A DNA stretch of 64,000 bases from Gammaproteobacteria bacterium (GTDB lineage: Bacteria > Pseudomonadota > Gammaproteobacteria > UBA4575): assembly GCA_965243395.1 (NCBI GenBank), contig CBDEUS010000002.1, positions 1,235,314-1,299,313 of the forward strand. The letters are read 5' to 3'. Shown piece by piece: positions 46,257-55,914 of the stretch. Position numbers and translations under genes: made by a program. The notes under the pieces are model-generated. The model did no database searches and was not told the origin of the DNA. It saw only the letters and a list, made by a program, of their open reading frames with translations. How positions within the stretch are numbered: position 1 is the stretch's first letter; each line of letters starts with the position of its first letter.

Positions 46257-46943
46257 TACCAGTATTTTGGGCTTAATTAGTGAAGCTAGTCTGGTAGTAC
46301 AACTGGTTATGTTGATGTTGCTTGCTGCATCGGTAATTTCATGGACCATGATTGTAAGTAAATGGAAAATTATTCGTGATGCGCGCAGCAACGCAGATAA
46401 ATTTGAAGATCGCTTTTGGTCTGGGACGATCTTGCTGCTCTATATGAAAAAGTTCGCCTTAAGCGTTACCCCTCAGGCATGGAAAGTATATTTCTTGCCG
46501 GCTTTAAAGAATATGTTCGTTTACATCGACAACAGCGTGTATCGCCTGATGCGATAACTGATACTGCGTTGCGTTCTATGAAAGTAGCCATGACGCGTGA
46601 AGTAGAAACCCTAGAACATTATCTATCCTTTCTTGCAACGGTTGGTTCAACAGCTCCCTATATTGGTTTGTTTGGAACCGTATGGGGCATTATGAATTCC
46701 TTTCGTGCGCTGGGTAATGTGCAACAAGCAACTTTATCTGCAGTAGCTCCTGGTATTGCTGAAGCCTTAATTGCAACTGCAATGGGTTTGTTTGCGGCCA
46801 TACCTGCAGTCATTGCCTACAACCGTTATTCAACAGATGTGGAACGCCTGGTTGTACGTTACGATAATTTTGTTGAAGAATTTACTGCATTGTTACAGCG
46901 TCAGGCGTTAACCAAAGATATGGACATGCAAACTAGAGGTTGA
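46246..46943 (+). CDS. tolQ: TolQ, split by a 1-bp frameshift at ~46423-46425 (likely sequencing error, possibly a real pseudogene)
   Basis: First frame reads ...FEDRFWSG; the next frame continues DDLAALY...[20 protein letters not shown]...[12 protein letters not shown]. One extra G in TCTGGGAC gives a 232-aa intact TolQ. Confidence 0.92.
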
Positions 46944-46947
46944 ACTA

Positions 46948-47394
46948 ATGGCATATACAGCACTTGGACGACGAAAACGCATGTCTGAAATCAATGTAGT
47001 GCCATACATTGATGTCATGCTGGTGTTGTTGGTGATTTTCATGGTCACGGCACCATTATTTCACCAAGGTGTGGAGGTGGAATTACCTTCCGCGCCTGCA
47101 AAACCATTGGATAAAACGGATGAAAACCAGGAACCTTTGATTATTTCAGTGGATAGAGTTGGGCAAATATTCGTAAATAAATCAGATACTCCCAGCGAAC
47201 CTGTTGCGGATGAGCTTTTCAGAAACCAAATTCGTCAAATCTTATCTAAAGAAACAAGCCCGGTATATGTAAGAGGAGACAGTGGTGTGGATTATGGTCG
47301 TGTGGTTACAGTGATGGTTATGCTGCAATCAGCTGGAGCAGAAAATGTGGGCTTGATTACTGAGCCTGCAGCGGAAGAAATTGATACCCCCTAA
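46948..47394 (+). CDS. tolR: TolR
   Basis: EINVVPYIDVMLVLLVIFM TM segment, YG.VV.VM..LQ.AG...VGL. Confidence 0.96.
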   Translation: MAYTALGRRKRMSEINVVPYIDVMLVLLVIFMVTAPLFHQGVEVELPSAPAKPLDKTDENQEPLIISVDRVGQIFVNKSDTPSEPVADELFRNQIRQILSKETSPVYVRGDSGVDYGRVVTVMVMLQSAGAENVGLITEPAAEEIDTP

Positions 47395-47397
47395 GCA

Positions 47398-48384
47398 ATG
47401 GCCAAAGTTAAGCGACATTTACCAATGTCTGTCACAATTGCCATTGTTATCCATGTGGCGGTCTTGTTGTTAGTGATTGGTTTTCAATTTAAACGTGACC
47501 ATAAACCTAACCCTCTGGACAGTATTAATACGATAAATGCTACTGTCATTCAATCAAATGATTTGCCCAAAAAGTCTGATGTAGAAAAGCCTCCCAAAGT
47601 TAATAAGCAGGAAGAGGAAAAGAAAAAACTACAAGCAGAATTAGAAGCAGAGCGTAAAAAAGCAGAGGATGCAGAAAAAAAAGCCGAAGCTGAGAGACAA
47701 AAAGCTGAAGAAATACGAAAACAGGCTGAAATTGAGAAACAACGTTTAGAAGAAGAAGCAAGAAAACAACTTGCCGAACAAAAGCGTTTAGAAGAAGAAA
47801 AAAAACTTGCTGAAGAAAAACGAAAAGCTGAAGAGCTGGCCCGAAAAAAGCAAGAAGAGGCTAAAAAGCTAGCAGAGGAGAAAAAACGTAAAGAAGAAGA
47901 AGCAAAAAGATTAGCTGAAGAGAAAAAGCGTAAGGAAGAAGAAGCAAAAAGATTGGCAGAAGAGAAGAAAAGAATTGAAGAAGAACAGTTAGCGGCTGAA
48001 AAAGCTGCAGAGCAAGAGCGTTTAGCAAAAATTTTAGAAGCCGAAGAAGCAGAAATTCGTGAAGCAGAAATGGAGGCCCAAAGAATAGCGAAGGCACGTG
48101 CAATGAGTAAACAAATAGCCATTTACCAAGATGCTATTCGTAGTAGGATACAAAGCCGATGGCGCAAACCATTAACGGAACAACCCGATGCCTGGTGCAG
48201 GGTGTATGTGCGACAAGCGCCCGGTGGTTATGTAGAAAATGTGCAAATAGAGCAATGTACAGGTGATGAATCATTTCGTCGTTCAGTTGAAGAAGCAGTT
48301 TGGAAGTCGGACCCATTGCCTGAGCCACCTGTTCCCGAATTATTTGAAAGAGATTTACGTTTTAAATTTATTCCGGAGACTTAA
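47398..48384 (+). CDS. tolA: TolA
   Basis: N-terminal TM with His, long E/K/A helical repeats (KRKEEEAKRLAEE), TonB-C-like C-terminal domain; between tolR and tolB. Confidence 0.92.
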   Translation: MAKVKRHLPMSVTIAIVIHVAVLLLVIGFQFKRDHKPNPLDSINTINATVIQSNDLPKKSDVEKPPKVNKQEEEKKKLQAELEAERKKAEDAEKKAEAERQKAEEIRKQAEIEKQRLEEEARKQLAEQKRLEEEKKLAEEKRKAEELARKKQEEAKKLAEEKKRKEEEAKRLAEEKKRKEEEAKRLAEEKKRIEEEQLAAEKAAEQERLAKILEAEEAEIREAEMEAQRIAKARAMSKQIAIYQDAIRSRIQSRWRKPLTEQPDAWCRVYVRQAPGGYVENVQIEQCTGDESFRRSVEEAVWKSDPLPEPPVPELFERDLRFKFIPET

Positions 48385-49676
48385 TGAATAAAATTTTTAA
48401 ACTATTAGTGGCTGTACTATTCCTAACAGTCGGACAAAGTGCATATGCTGTATTAGAGATAGAAATTACTCAAGGTATAGAAGGTGCATTACCTATTGCA
48501 GTAGTTACATTTGCGGGTGATACGTATACTGCTCCTGAAGCCGTTGAAACAATTGTTAGAAATGATTTGGGTCGCAGCGGATTTTTCGATGTCCTAGATA
48601 AACAAAGTATTCCCCAAGTAGTTTCAAGTCCATCTCAATTAAACTTTCAAGCATGGAGAAACATAGGTGTTGAAAGTGTGCTACTAGGAAAAATTGTCCA
48701 GACAGGTGGAGATCAATATCGGATTGAATTTCAATTAATAGACCTGATTCGAAAGAAAAGAATTTTAGGTAATGTTATCCCCGCGAACACTAAGGATGTC
48801 CGAAAAGTGGGTCATAAAATAAGTGATTTGGTTTTTGAAGCATTGACTGGTATTCGTGGTGCGTTCAGCACGCGCGTGGCCTATGTCAGCACCATTAATA
48901 AAGGCACAGCCAATCAAAAATATGTTTTACAAATTGCTGATGCTGATGGCTACAATGCGCGAACGATTTTTTCTTCTAGCAAACAAATCCTTTCGCCTTC
49001 ATGGTCACCTGATGGCTCCCGCCTGGCCTATGTATCATTCGAAAGCGGAAATTCAGCAATCTATATACAAGATATCATTCAAGGTACACGTGCCAAGGTA
49101 TCTGCTAAAAAAGGCATCAATAGTGCTCCGGCGTGGTCTCCAGACGGACGTTATTTAGCGCTTACGCTTTCAGCAGGCGGCAGTCCGGACATTTATATAT
49201 TGAATATCGCAGCCAAAAAACTTAAACGCCTCACGAGTGGACCTTCTATAGATACTGAACCTGCATGGATGCCGGACGGTCGAACTTTATTATTTACTTC
49301 GGATCGAAGTGGAGGACCACAAATATATCAAGTATCGGCAAATGGTGGTAAAGCCCAGAGGTTGACGTTTGATGGTAAATACAATGCTGCTACAGACATC
49401 TCGCCGGATGGAAAATATATAACTTTAGTCAATAATAGTGGCAATGGCTTTCGCATTGCTATAATGGATACACAGTCAAAGGCGATGAGAATAATAAGTG
49501 ATGGTCATTTGGATGAAAGCCCTAGCTTTGCCCCAAATGGCAGTATGATTATGTATGCGACGGCCGACCAAGGTCGCGGAGTGTTAGCTGCCGTAAGTGC
49601 AGATGGAAGAGTGAAGCAGAAGCTACGATTAACGGAAGGCGATGTGCGTGAACCTTCATGGTCACCGTTTCGCTAA
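48384..49676 (+). CDS. tolB: TolB
   Basis: Signal peptide, IEITQG, PD40 repeats (SPSWSPDG, APAWSPDG, SPSFAPNG). Confidence 0.96.
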   Translation: MNKIFKLLVAVLFLTVGQSAYAVLEIEITQGIEGALPIAVVTFAGDTYTAPEAVETIVRNDLGRSGFFDVLDKQSIPQVVSSPSQLNFQAWRNIGVESVLLGKIVQTGGDQYRIEFQLIDLIRKKRILGNVIPANTKDVRKVGHKISDLVFEALTGIRGAFSTRVAYVSTINKGTANQKYVLQIADADGYNARTIFSSSKQILSPSWSPDGSRLAYVSFESGNSAIYIQDIIQGTRAKVSAKKGINSAPAWSPDGRYLALTLSAGGSPDIYILNIAAKKLKRLTSGPSIDTEPAWMPDGRTLLFTSDRSGGPQIYQVSANGGKAQRLTFDGKYNAATDISPDGKYITLVNNSGNGFRIAIMDTQSKAMRIISDGHLDESPSFAPNGSMIMYATADQGRGVLAAVSADGRVKQKLRLTEGDVREPSWSPFR

Positions 49677-49721
49677 CATAGATAGTAACTTTATTTGATT
49701 AACCACATAGAGGAGTGAGTT

Positions 49722-50246
49722 ATGACTAAACAACTACTTATAGTATTTTTTATAAGTATCTTATTAAGTATGAGTGCATGCAGCACCAGCACAAAACAAA
49801 TGCCTGGTGATGTGATTAGCGAAGATTACGAAGGTGGAGATCCATCATTGGATGGAGCTACTACAGGACTTGAAGGCGAAGGTGATCTGGCTATGGGAGC
49901 GCTGGATGAAATGATCGCAACTTCAGGTAATGTCGTATATTTCGACTATAACAGTGCTGAGATTCGTGATGAGTCAATCCCATTAATTATGGCTGCCGCT
50001 GAATCATTGTCGGCTAATCCTGCCGCACAACTTCGTTTGGAAGGACATGCAGACGAACGTGGTACCAGGGAATATAACTTAGCCTTAGGTGAACAACGTG
50101 CACAAACGGTTCGTGATCTCATCATGTTGCAAGGTGTAAGTGGAAATCAGCTGGATATTATTAGCTATGGTGAAGAAAAACCCGCGGTTGTAGGTTCAGG
50201 TGAGGAATCATGGCAACAAAACAGAAGAGTTGAACTTATAAAATAA
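49722..50246 (+). CDS. pal: Peptidoglycan-associated lipoprotein Pal
   Basis: Lipobox MSAC, VYFDY, EGHADERGTREYNLALG, SYGEEKP, NRRVE. Confidence 0.96.
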   Translation: MTKQLLIVFFISILLSMSACSTSTKQMPGDVISEDYEGGDPSLDGATTGLEGEGDLAMGALDEMIATSGNVVYFDYNSAEIRDESIPLIMAAAESLSANPAAQLRLEGHADERGTREYNLALGEQRAQTVRDLIMLQGVSGNQLDIISYGEEKPAVVGSGEESWQQNRRVELIK

Positions 50247-50263
50247 AATTTCTGTAAAAAAAT

Positions 50264-51130
50264 ATGGAAAAAAAATTAGGGAAGAAAATTGTTGTAGGCT
50301 TGATGGCGCTTGTATTAGTTCAGGCGCCTGGCCTTTCGTTTGCGCATAAATCCAATAACGAAAGATTGGATGCTATTGATGCGCGGATGCAGCGCGTCGA
50401 ACGTATTACCAATAATCAAGCCTTGATAAATATGTCGCAACGTATTGATGCACTGCAACGCGAGATCCAACAGTTGCGTGGCGAAAATGAGCAGTTAACT
50501 CATGAACTGAATACACTAAAAGAGCGCCAACGCGACCAGTTTCTAAATATTGATCGGCGTTTGCAGGGTTCTTCGACCGCTACAATGACTGAAGATCCTA
50601 ATGTTGCAACCACAAGCAATGTCACTTCCAGCGACAGCGTAGTTATTAATAATGATTCTATAAATCAATCAATTGATACTACGAATACTTCAGATCAAAA
50701 AATAGCGACGACTTCAGGCACTATTGTTTCTAATAAAACATCTAATGATGCTGCACAAGATTATAAAAATGCCTTTACCTTATTGAAGCAAGGTAAGTAT
50801 GATGAATCAATTGTGGCATTTAATGGTTTTTTACAAGTCCATTCGAGTAGTAAATATGCCTCAAATGCACAATACTGGTTAGCAGAAGCGAATTATGTTT
50901 CTAAGCGATATCCTCAAGCCCTTACTGAGTTTACCAAAGTAGTTGAGAAGTATCCGGCGAGCTCAAAAGTTGCGGATGCAAGACTAAAGTTAGGTTTTAC
51001 GCATTATGAGCTTGGTCAATATGAAGAATCGAGAGTTGAATTAACACGCTTGCGCGCTCAGTTCCCTAACTCAAGTGTGGCTAGTCTTGCTCAACAGCGA
51101 TTAGAACGAATGGCCCGCGAAGGCCATTAA
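50264..51130 (+). CDS. cpoB: Tol-pal system protein YbgF/CpoB
   Basis: Signal peptide, coiled coil (LRGENE), C-terminal TPRs (NAQYWLAE, ADARLKLG). Confidence 0.93.
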   Translation: MEKKLGKKIVVGLMALVLVQAPGLSFAHKSNNERLDAIDARMQRVERITNNQALINMSQRIDALQREIQQLRGENEQLTHELNTLKERQRDQFLNIDRRLQGSSTATMTEDPNVATTSNVTSSDSVVINNDSINQSIDTTNTSDQKIATTSGTIVSNKTSNDAAQDYKNAFTLLKQGKYDESIVAFNGFLQVHSSSKYASNAQYWLAEANYVSKRYPQALTEFTKVVEKYPASSKVADARLKLGFTHYELGQYEESRVELTRLRAQFPNSSVASLAQQRLERMAREGH

Positions 51131-51150
51131 GCAATTAAACTTCTTTTGTT

Positions 51151-51831
51151 ATGAGTGCCACAGTCACGTCATTGCAACCTCGCTCGCAAATAGAAAAACT
51201 TCGAATCACAGAAATCTTTGCTTCGATTCAGGGAGAATCCACGACTGTTGGCATACCGACCGTTTTTATACGACTTACGGGCTGTCCGCTGCGTTGCCAG
51301 TATTGTGATACTGCATATGCATTCAGCGGTGGTGAATGGATGCAACTTGATGATATTGCTTCTAAGGTTTCCAGCTATAAGCTTAAGCACGTAACTGTAA
51401 CAGGCGGAGAGCCGCTGGCACAAAAAATGTGTTTAAGTTTATTAACTAAACTTTGTGACCAAGGCTATAGCGTTTCTCTTGAAACCAGTGGTGCTATTGA
51501 TATAAGTAAAGTCGACCCTCGTGTAATCAAAGTGATGGATCTTAAGACTCCTGCATCAGAAGAAATGCATCAAAACAATTGGGATAATATTCATTACTTG
51601 CGAGAGCAAGATCAAGTTAAATTTGTTATTTGCAACCAGTCAGATTATGTATGGGCAAAAAGCATTGTTACCGAGTATCAACTAAATAATCGTTGCGAAG
51701 TTTTATTTTCGCCAAGTTATGAAGAATTAGAGCCAAAACAATTGGCAGAATGGATAGTGCGTGATCATTTGAGCGTGCGATTTCAATTGCAGTTACATAA
51801 AATCCTTTGGGGTGATGTTAAAGGGAAGTAA
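51151..51831 (+). CDS. queE: 7-carboxy-7-deazaguanine synthase QueE
   Basis: EIFASIQGE, RLTGCPLRCQYCDT, TGGEPL, QLHK. Confidence 0.95.
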   Translation: MSATVTSLQPRSQIEKLRITEIFASIQGESTTVGIPTVFIRLTGCPLRCQYCDTAYAFSGGEWMQLDDIASKVSSYKLKHVTVTGGEPLAQKMCLSLLTKLCDQGYSVSLETSGAIDISKVDPRVIKVMDLKTPASEEMHQNNWDNIHYLREQDQVKFVICNQSDYVWAKSIVTEYQLNNRCEVLFSPSYEELEPKQLAEWIVRDHLSVRFQLQLHKILWGDVKGK

Positions 51832-51898
51832 ATTGGGCATATTTGCTTAATTGATAATGAACGTGTCCCTATTAAATTGCGGTCTCTAGTGAGTATAA

Positions 51899-52582
51899 AT
51901 GTCACAAGAAAACAATGCCATCGTCCTTCTTTCAGGAGGACTTGATTCCACTACTACACTGGCAGTTGCACTATCACAAGGTTTCAATTGCTACGCATTA
52001 AGTTTTTCATATGGTCAGCGTCATGATGCAGAATTAATTGCTGCGAAAAAGATTGCTACACTACTTAATGTTGTTGAACACAAAATTTTTGAGATTGATT
52101 TGTCAGTATTTAAAGGTTCTGCACTGACCGATCATAGTATCGATGTGCCTGAAGCAGATTCTCAATCTCAAGACATACCTATTACATATGTTCCCGCACG
52201 CAATACTGTTTTTTTATCTATTGCTTTGGCATGGGCAGAAGTTCTTGAGATAAACGACGTATTTATAGGTGTGAATGCGGTAGATTATTCAGGCTATCCA
52301 GATTGTCGAAGAGAATATATAAATGCGTATGAAACCATGGCTAATTTAGCGACTAAAGCAGGTGTTGAAGGGAATAAGCTATCTATTCACACTCCACTTA
52401 TAGATCTCAATAAAGCAGATATTATTAAGTTAGGTTCTAAGCTTGGCATTGACTATTCGTATACAGTTTCTTGTTATATGGCAGATGCGCAAGGAAAGGC
52501 TTGTGGTAACTGCGATTCTTGTCATTTTCGCAAACAAGGTTTCAGGGATGCTGGTATTACAGACCCAACTCTATATATATAA
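51899..52582 (+). CDS. queC: 7-cyano-7-deazaguanine synthase QueC
   Basis: SGGLDS, TYVPARN, GYPDCR, SCY...CGNCDSC. Confidence 0.96.
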   Translation: MSQENNAIVLLSGGLDSTTTLAVALSQGFNCYALSFSYGQRHDAELIAAKKIATLLNVVEHKIFEIDLSVFKGSALTDHSIDVPEADSQSQDIPITYVPARNTVFLSIALAWAEVLEINDVFIGVNAVDYSGYPDCRREYINAYETMANLATKAGVEGNKLSIHTPLIDLNKADIIKLGSKLGIDYSYTVSCYMADAQGKACGNCDSCHFRKQGFRDAGITDPTLYI

Positions 52583-52658
52583 GTATAAGCAGCCACAAAT
52601 GGATAGGGCTCTTCATGGAGCTTTAGCAAAATTTGCGGTAGGATAGCGCGCTTCGCGT

Positions 52659-52734
52659 GGGCCGTTAGCTCAGCTGGTAGAGCACTCGGCTTTTAACCGA
52701 TTGGTCATAGGTTCGAATCCTATACGGCCCACCA
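52659..52734 (+). tRNA. tRNA-Lys (anticodon TTT)
   Basis: 76-nt cloverleaf: acceptor GGGCCGT/ACGGCCC, D-arm GCTC/GAGC, anticodon loop CTTTTAA, T-loop TTCGAAT, encoded CCA. Confidence 0.97.
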
Positions 52735-52765
52735 ACTTAGCAAGTTAATATTAAAATCTTCGAGT

Positions 52766-53041
52766 TTAGGCAACTCTATTAGATAATTTAATTACGATGG
52801 GTTTTACTAACCATTTGGTGAGTGGTCTTTCTTTGTCGATATAAACATCTTCAATAATATACTCACGTATATCGTCTGTTTTTAAATAATGGCGAAGTTT
52901 GTATGCTTGTCCAATTTCTTTTATGTATTTTGGTAGGGTGATTGCTGCACTTTCATCTTTTCTCACTATTGCTCTTATTAATGGAGAGCATTTATTTGAA
53001 TTTGAAAGCACTGCGATTTCATCTTTGAATGTATTTTCCAT
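52766..53041 (-). CDS. Hypothetical protein (91 aa)
   Basis: ATG ORF with GAAGAG upstream, fills the space after the tRNA; no motif recognised. Confidence 0.55.
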   Translation of the reverse strand: MENTFKDEIAVLSNSNKCSPLIRAIVRKDESAAITLPKYIKEIGQAYKLRHYLKTDDIREYIIEDVYIDKERPLTKWLVKPIVIKLSNRVA

Positions 53042-53437
53042 AACTCTTCAATATGTATAATGTCAGCCATATCAAGAGTAATATAAAAAAAACGTTATCA
53101 AATTAAATGTTTAATTTATTAATATTGAAGTTGCCGTAACTAAATTAGATTTAGCTATTGAGAATAATTCTTATATCTAATACAAAATAATTTATATCAA
53201 TTTATGTATTGTGTAGTCCCCATATAAATTCAGTTTTGCTATTGAGCTTAATTATCAAAGCTATAGTCTTAGTTAATTAAAATTAGATTATTTGTCCTGA
53301 AATGCTTATATTTCCAACAACAATATTGATTGAAAAAATCAAATTTTATTTGTGTTAAGTAATGAAATATTTAGAATACATAAAAAAGTATACACTGGCT
53401 TAATTTATGAGTCTGAGAAAATAGGGGAATTATATTT

Positions 53438-54322
53438 ATGAAATTAGCGCCAATGCCTGATAATGAAGTAGAACGATTGCGTGCGCTTTATGCTCTAAAC
53501 ATTTTAGATACACAACCTGAAGTAATTTACGACCGTGTAACGCGCGTAGCTGCGAGTTTATTGGATGTCCCAATTGCCACAGTTTGTTTTGTTGACCGAG
53601 ATCGTGTTTGGTTTAAAGCTTCGCAAGGTGTGAGCGTTTGTGAAATTAGCCGTAGCGAATCCATATGTGGTCATACAATCTGTCTGGAGACGGGCGATGA
53701 AGATCTGTCGAGAATATATGAGATTCAGGATATGAGGTTGGATCCCCGTTTTATAGATAATCCTATGGTGATGGGTCCTCCGAACATAGTTTATTACTTA
53801 GCTTTTTTACTGCAGTCTAAAACAAAAGAAAATGTTGGTACGTTTTGTATAATGGATACAAAACCGCGTTCTTTTTCAGATCTGGAAAAAAGCTTGTTTA
53901 TTGATTTGGGTAAAATGATTGATGATCAGATTAAATCGATTGAAATCGCTAGTAATTTTAGTATCTATGACTTAGCCATTGCTTCGGATGTTGCGTACAA
54001 GGTATATGATGAGATGGATGCATCATTAAAGCGAAAAGGTATTAACCTCACAGAGTGGAAAGTGCTTGATATTGTTATTCAATCAGATTTTGCAACACCG
54101 AGTAATATTGGCAAACAATTAGGTATAGCCAGTTCTCGTGTATCACAAATTTTAGAAGTTTTAGAGGCAAAAAATCTCATTAAACGGATTCGGTCGGTTG
54201 AAAATAGCGATCGAAGACTAGTTAAATTAGAATGTAACGATCACGGTCGGGATGTTTGGCACTATGGTAAGCGTGTTGGTGATCAAGTTGTAGATAAACT
54301 TAAGGTTGTTGAAAAAGCTTAA
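53438..54322 (+). CDS. GAF domain - MarR winged-helix fusion regulator
   Basis: N-terminal APMPDNEVERLRALYALNILDT...WFKA...ICGHTI...DPRF.DNP.V.G GAF signature; C-terminal GINLTEWKVL...VSQILEVLEAKNLI.R...DRR.V MarR signature; AGGGG RBS. Confidence 0.82.
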   Translation: MKLAPMPDNEVERLRALYALNILDTQPEVIYDRVTRVAASLLDVPIATVCFVDRDRVWFKASQGVSVCEISRSESICGHTICLETGDEDLSRIYEIQDMRLDPRFIDNPMVMGPPNIVYYLAFLLQSKTKENVGTFCIMDTKPRSFSDLEKSLFIDLGKMIDDQIKSIEIASNFSIYDLAIASDVAYKVYDEMDASLKRKGINLTEWKVLDIVIQSDFATPSNIGKQLGIASSRVSQILEVLEAKNLIKRIRSVENSDRRLVKLECNDHGRDVWHYGKRVGDQVVDKLKVVEKA

Positions 54323-54360
54323 AACAATTTTATAAATACACTTGATTAGTTTGTATGAAA

Positions 54361-55557
54361 TTAATTAAGAGTTAGGGTTCTTTCCCAATCATAATTACAC
54401 GTAACTCCTGGCGAAGTGTCACGTCCGCTATAGTTCATGCGGAGTTCATTTTCTTCCAATGAACCCTTAATTTTCATGCGTAATGTCCCCTTAAAACCTG
54501 TAGCAGTTTCATAAGTGCAATTGTAGTCACCTTTAATATTTTTTTCGTTATTAGTAAATTTTCCTTTACCTTTGCACTTCAAAAGTGGTGCAGAATAGGA
54601 AATGATAAATTTCCCATTTTTTTCTAATTTGCTAATCGATTCTTCAGCAATATATTCAATAGTTTGGTTATATTCTCCACATTCTGAGAAAACAGCTTTT
54701 GTTTTAGCATTGTATATGCCAGTAATATCAGGATATTTTCCAATAGATTTAGTCAAGTCTTTTTTTGTAGTATCTTCGCTTGTTTCCAATAATGCGACCA
54801 TCTGTTGATTTTCTGGATTATCTATAACACTTTTTTCAGAGCTTGCATCATCTATTGTTACTTCTAAGGATTCATTTTCAGAATTAGAGACTACGATGTT
54901 TTTTTCTGTGTCATTATCGATATTAGCTTGTTGATTAGGTACGGAGTTTTCATTCGCAATTTGATCATACAAAGCTGATTTTAATGCTGCAATTTGTCTG
55001 TCAGATACTTCGATTCTGAAACTTTGTTTGGATTTTTGTGCAAATTTAGATAATGCGCGTTTCGTTCTGCTGCCGAATATTCCATCTATCGGCCCAGGTT
55101 TATAGTCCAATTTAACAAGTAACAATTGAATATTTCTTGTTTGGATCTTATTGGATGCTGTAAATTTAGTAGGTGTGCTAGCCTCAATTATTGTCACAAT
55201 AAATTGATTGTCATTTTTTAGTGCGTAGTCTATCGCTGTTAAATTTTCATCAGACTTTAAATTTGTGTTTGCACCGAGTTTGATCAGTGTGCGTACAGCG
55301 CCGATGCTTCCTATAGTGGCAGCTATCATTAATGGAGTTTTGCCTTTTTCACTTTGATATCTGTAATCAATATCTGCACCAAATGCTATAAATTGTGTTA
55401 CTTCTATTTCGCTATCCATCACTATAGCGTCATACAAAGATTCGTATAGACTAATTTTTTGGTTTTGTTTCTCATTTTCTTCTGCCGTAGATGCAACAAA
55501 AAGATGCGAAACAAGAATTATAAAAACAAATATGAATAGTTTAGTAGTGAAGCTCAC
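54361..55557 (-). CDS. Exported ankyrin-repeat + peptidoglycan-binding domain protein with a Cys-containing C-terminal domain
   Basis: Signal peptide; GADID...GKTPLMIAA...LIKLGANTN ankyrin repeats; IQ.LL..LDY.PGPIDGIFG.RT.RAL..F PG_binding_1 motif; acidic linker; C-terminal beta-rich domain with 4 Cys. Confidence 0.8.
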   Translation of the reverse strand: MSFTTKLFIFVFIILVSHLFVASTAEENEKQNQKISLYESLYDAIVMDSEIEVTQFIAFGADIDYRYQSEKGKTPLMIAATIGSIGAVRTLIKLGANTNLKSDENLTAIDYALKNDNQFIVTIIEASTPTKFTASNKIQTRNIQLLLVKLDYKPGPIDGIFGSRTKRALSKFAQKSKQSFRIEVSDRQIAALKSALYDQIANENSVPNQQANIDNDTEKNIVVSNSENESLEVTIDDASSEKSVIDNPENQQMVALLETSEDTTKKDLTKSIGKYPDITGIYNAKTKAVFSECGEYNQTIEYIAEESISKLEKNGKFIISYSAPLLKCKGKGKFTNNEKNIKGDYNCTYETATGFKGTLRMKIKGSLEENELRMNYSGRDTSPGVTCNYDWERTLTLN

Positions 55558-55740
55558 TCTATTGGTTCCAGGTATTACAAAATATATTTTATATTAGTAC
55601 GTTAGCATAAACAGTTCTATGTATAGACATAAGAAATGAGAGAACGATCAAACTATGTATAAGTAAATTATGTGGTATATGTTTTAAACCACCAAAAAAT
55701 TAGTATAAAAAATAGTGTTATTCATGAAATAAAAATTATA

Positions 55741-55779
55741 TTGCATAAAAAAGCCCTGCTATGCAGGGCTTTTGTGCAA
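55741..55779 (-). terminator. Intrinsic terminator (potentially bidirectional) after the small minus-strand ORF
   Basis: AAAAAA-GCCCTGC-TAT-GCAGGGC-TTTT; on the minus strand a 7-bp GC-rich stem followed by U6, ~20 nt after the stop at 55792. Confidence 0.85.
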
Positions 55780-55791
55780 TTTTCAATATTG

Positions 55792-55914
55792 CTATCGATG
55801 TTGTCTCGATTCTCCTCGGTGAAAGTTATCTGCCTGATAAAAATGCCAATACATTAATAACGTAATTGCACCCACCGTTCCTAAGAAAATTAGCAAGGTA
55901 TATAAGTCTGCCAT
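55792..55914 (-). CDS. Small single-pass membrane protein (40 aa), absent from the ORF track
   Basis: MADLYTLLIFLGTVGAITLLMYWHFYQADNFHRGESRQHR*; AGGAG RBS 6 nt upstream (55921-55925) and a terminator immediately downstream. Confidence 0.72.
   Translation of the reverse strand: MADLYTLLIFLGTVGAITLLMYWHFYQADNFHRGESRQHR

Noticed and set aside
46411-46430. Programmed ribosomal frameshift in tolQ
   Set aside because: No X XXY YYZ slippery heptamer or obvious stimulatory structure; a homopolymer indel is simpler.
47780-47990. Imperfect ~39-bp repeats inside tolA
   Set aside because: Normal TolA domain II helical repeats.
47550-48122. 190-aa Ser/Phe/Ala-rich minus-strand ORF
   Set aside because: Antisense shadow of the TolA E/K/A repeat region.
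55672-55857. 61-aa + strand ORF
   Set aside because: Runs through the terminator hairpin and overlaps the better-supported 40-aa minus-strand ORF; no clear RBS.
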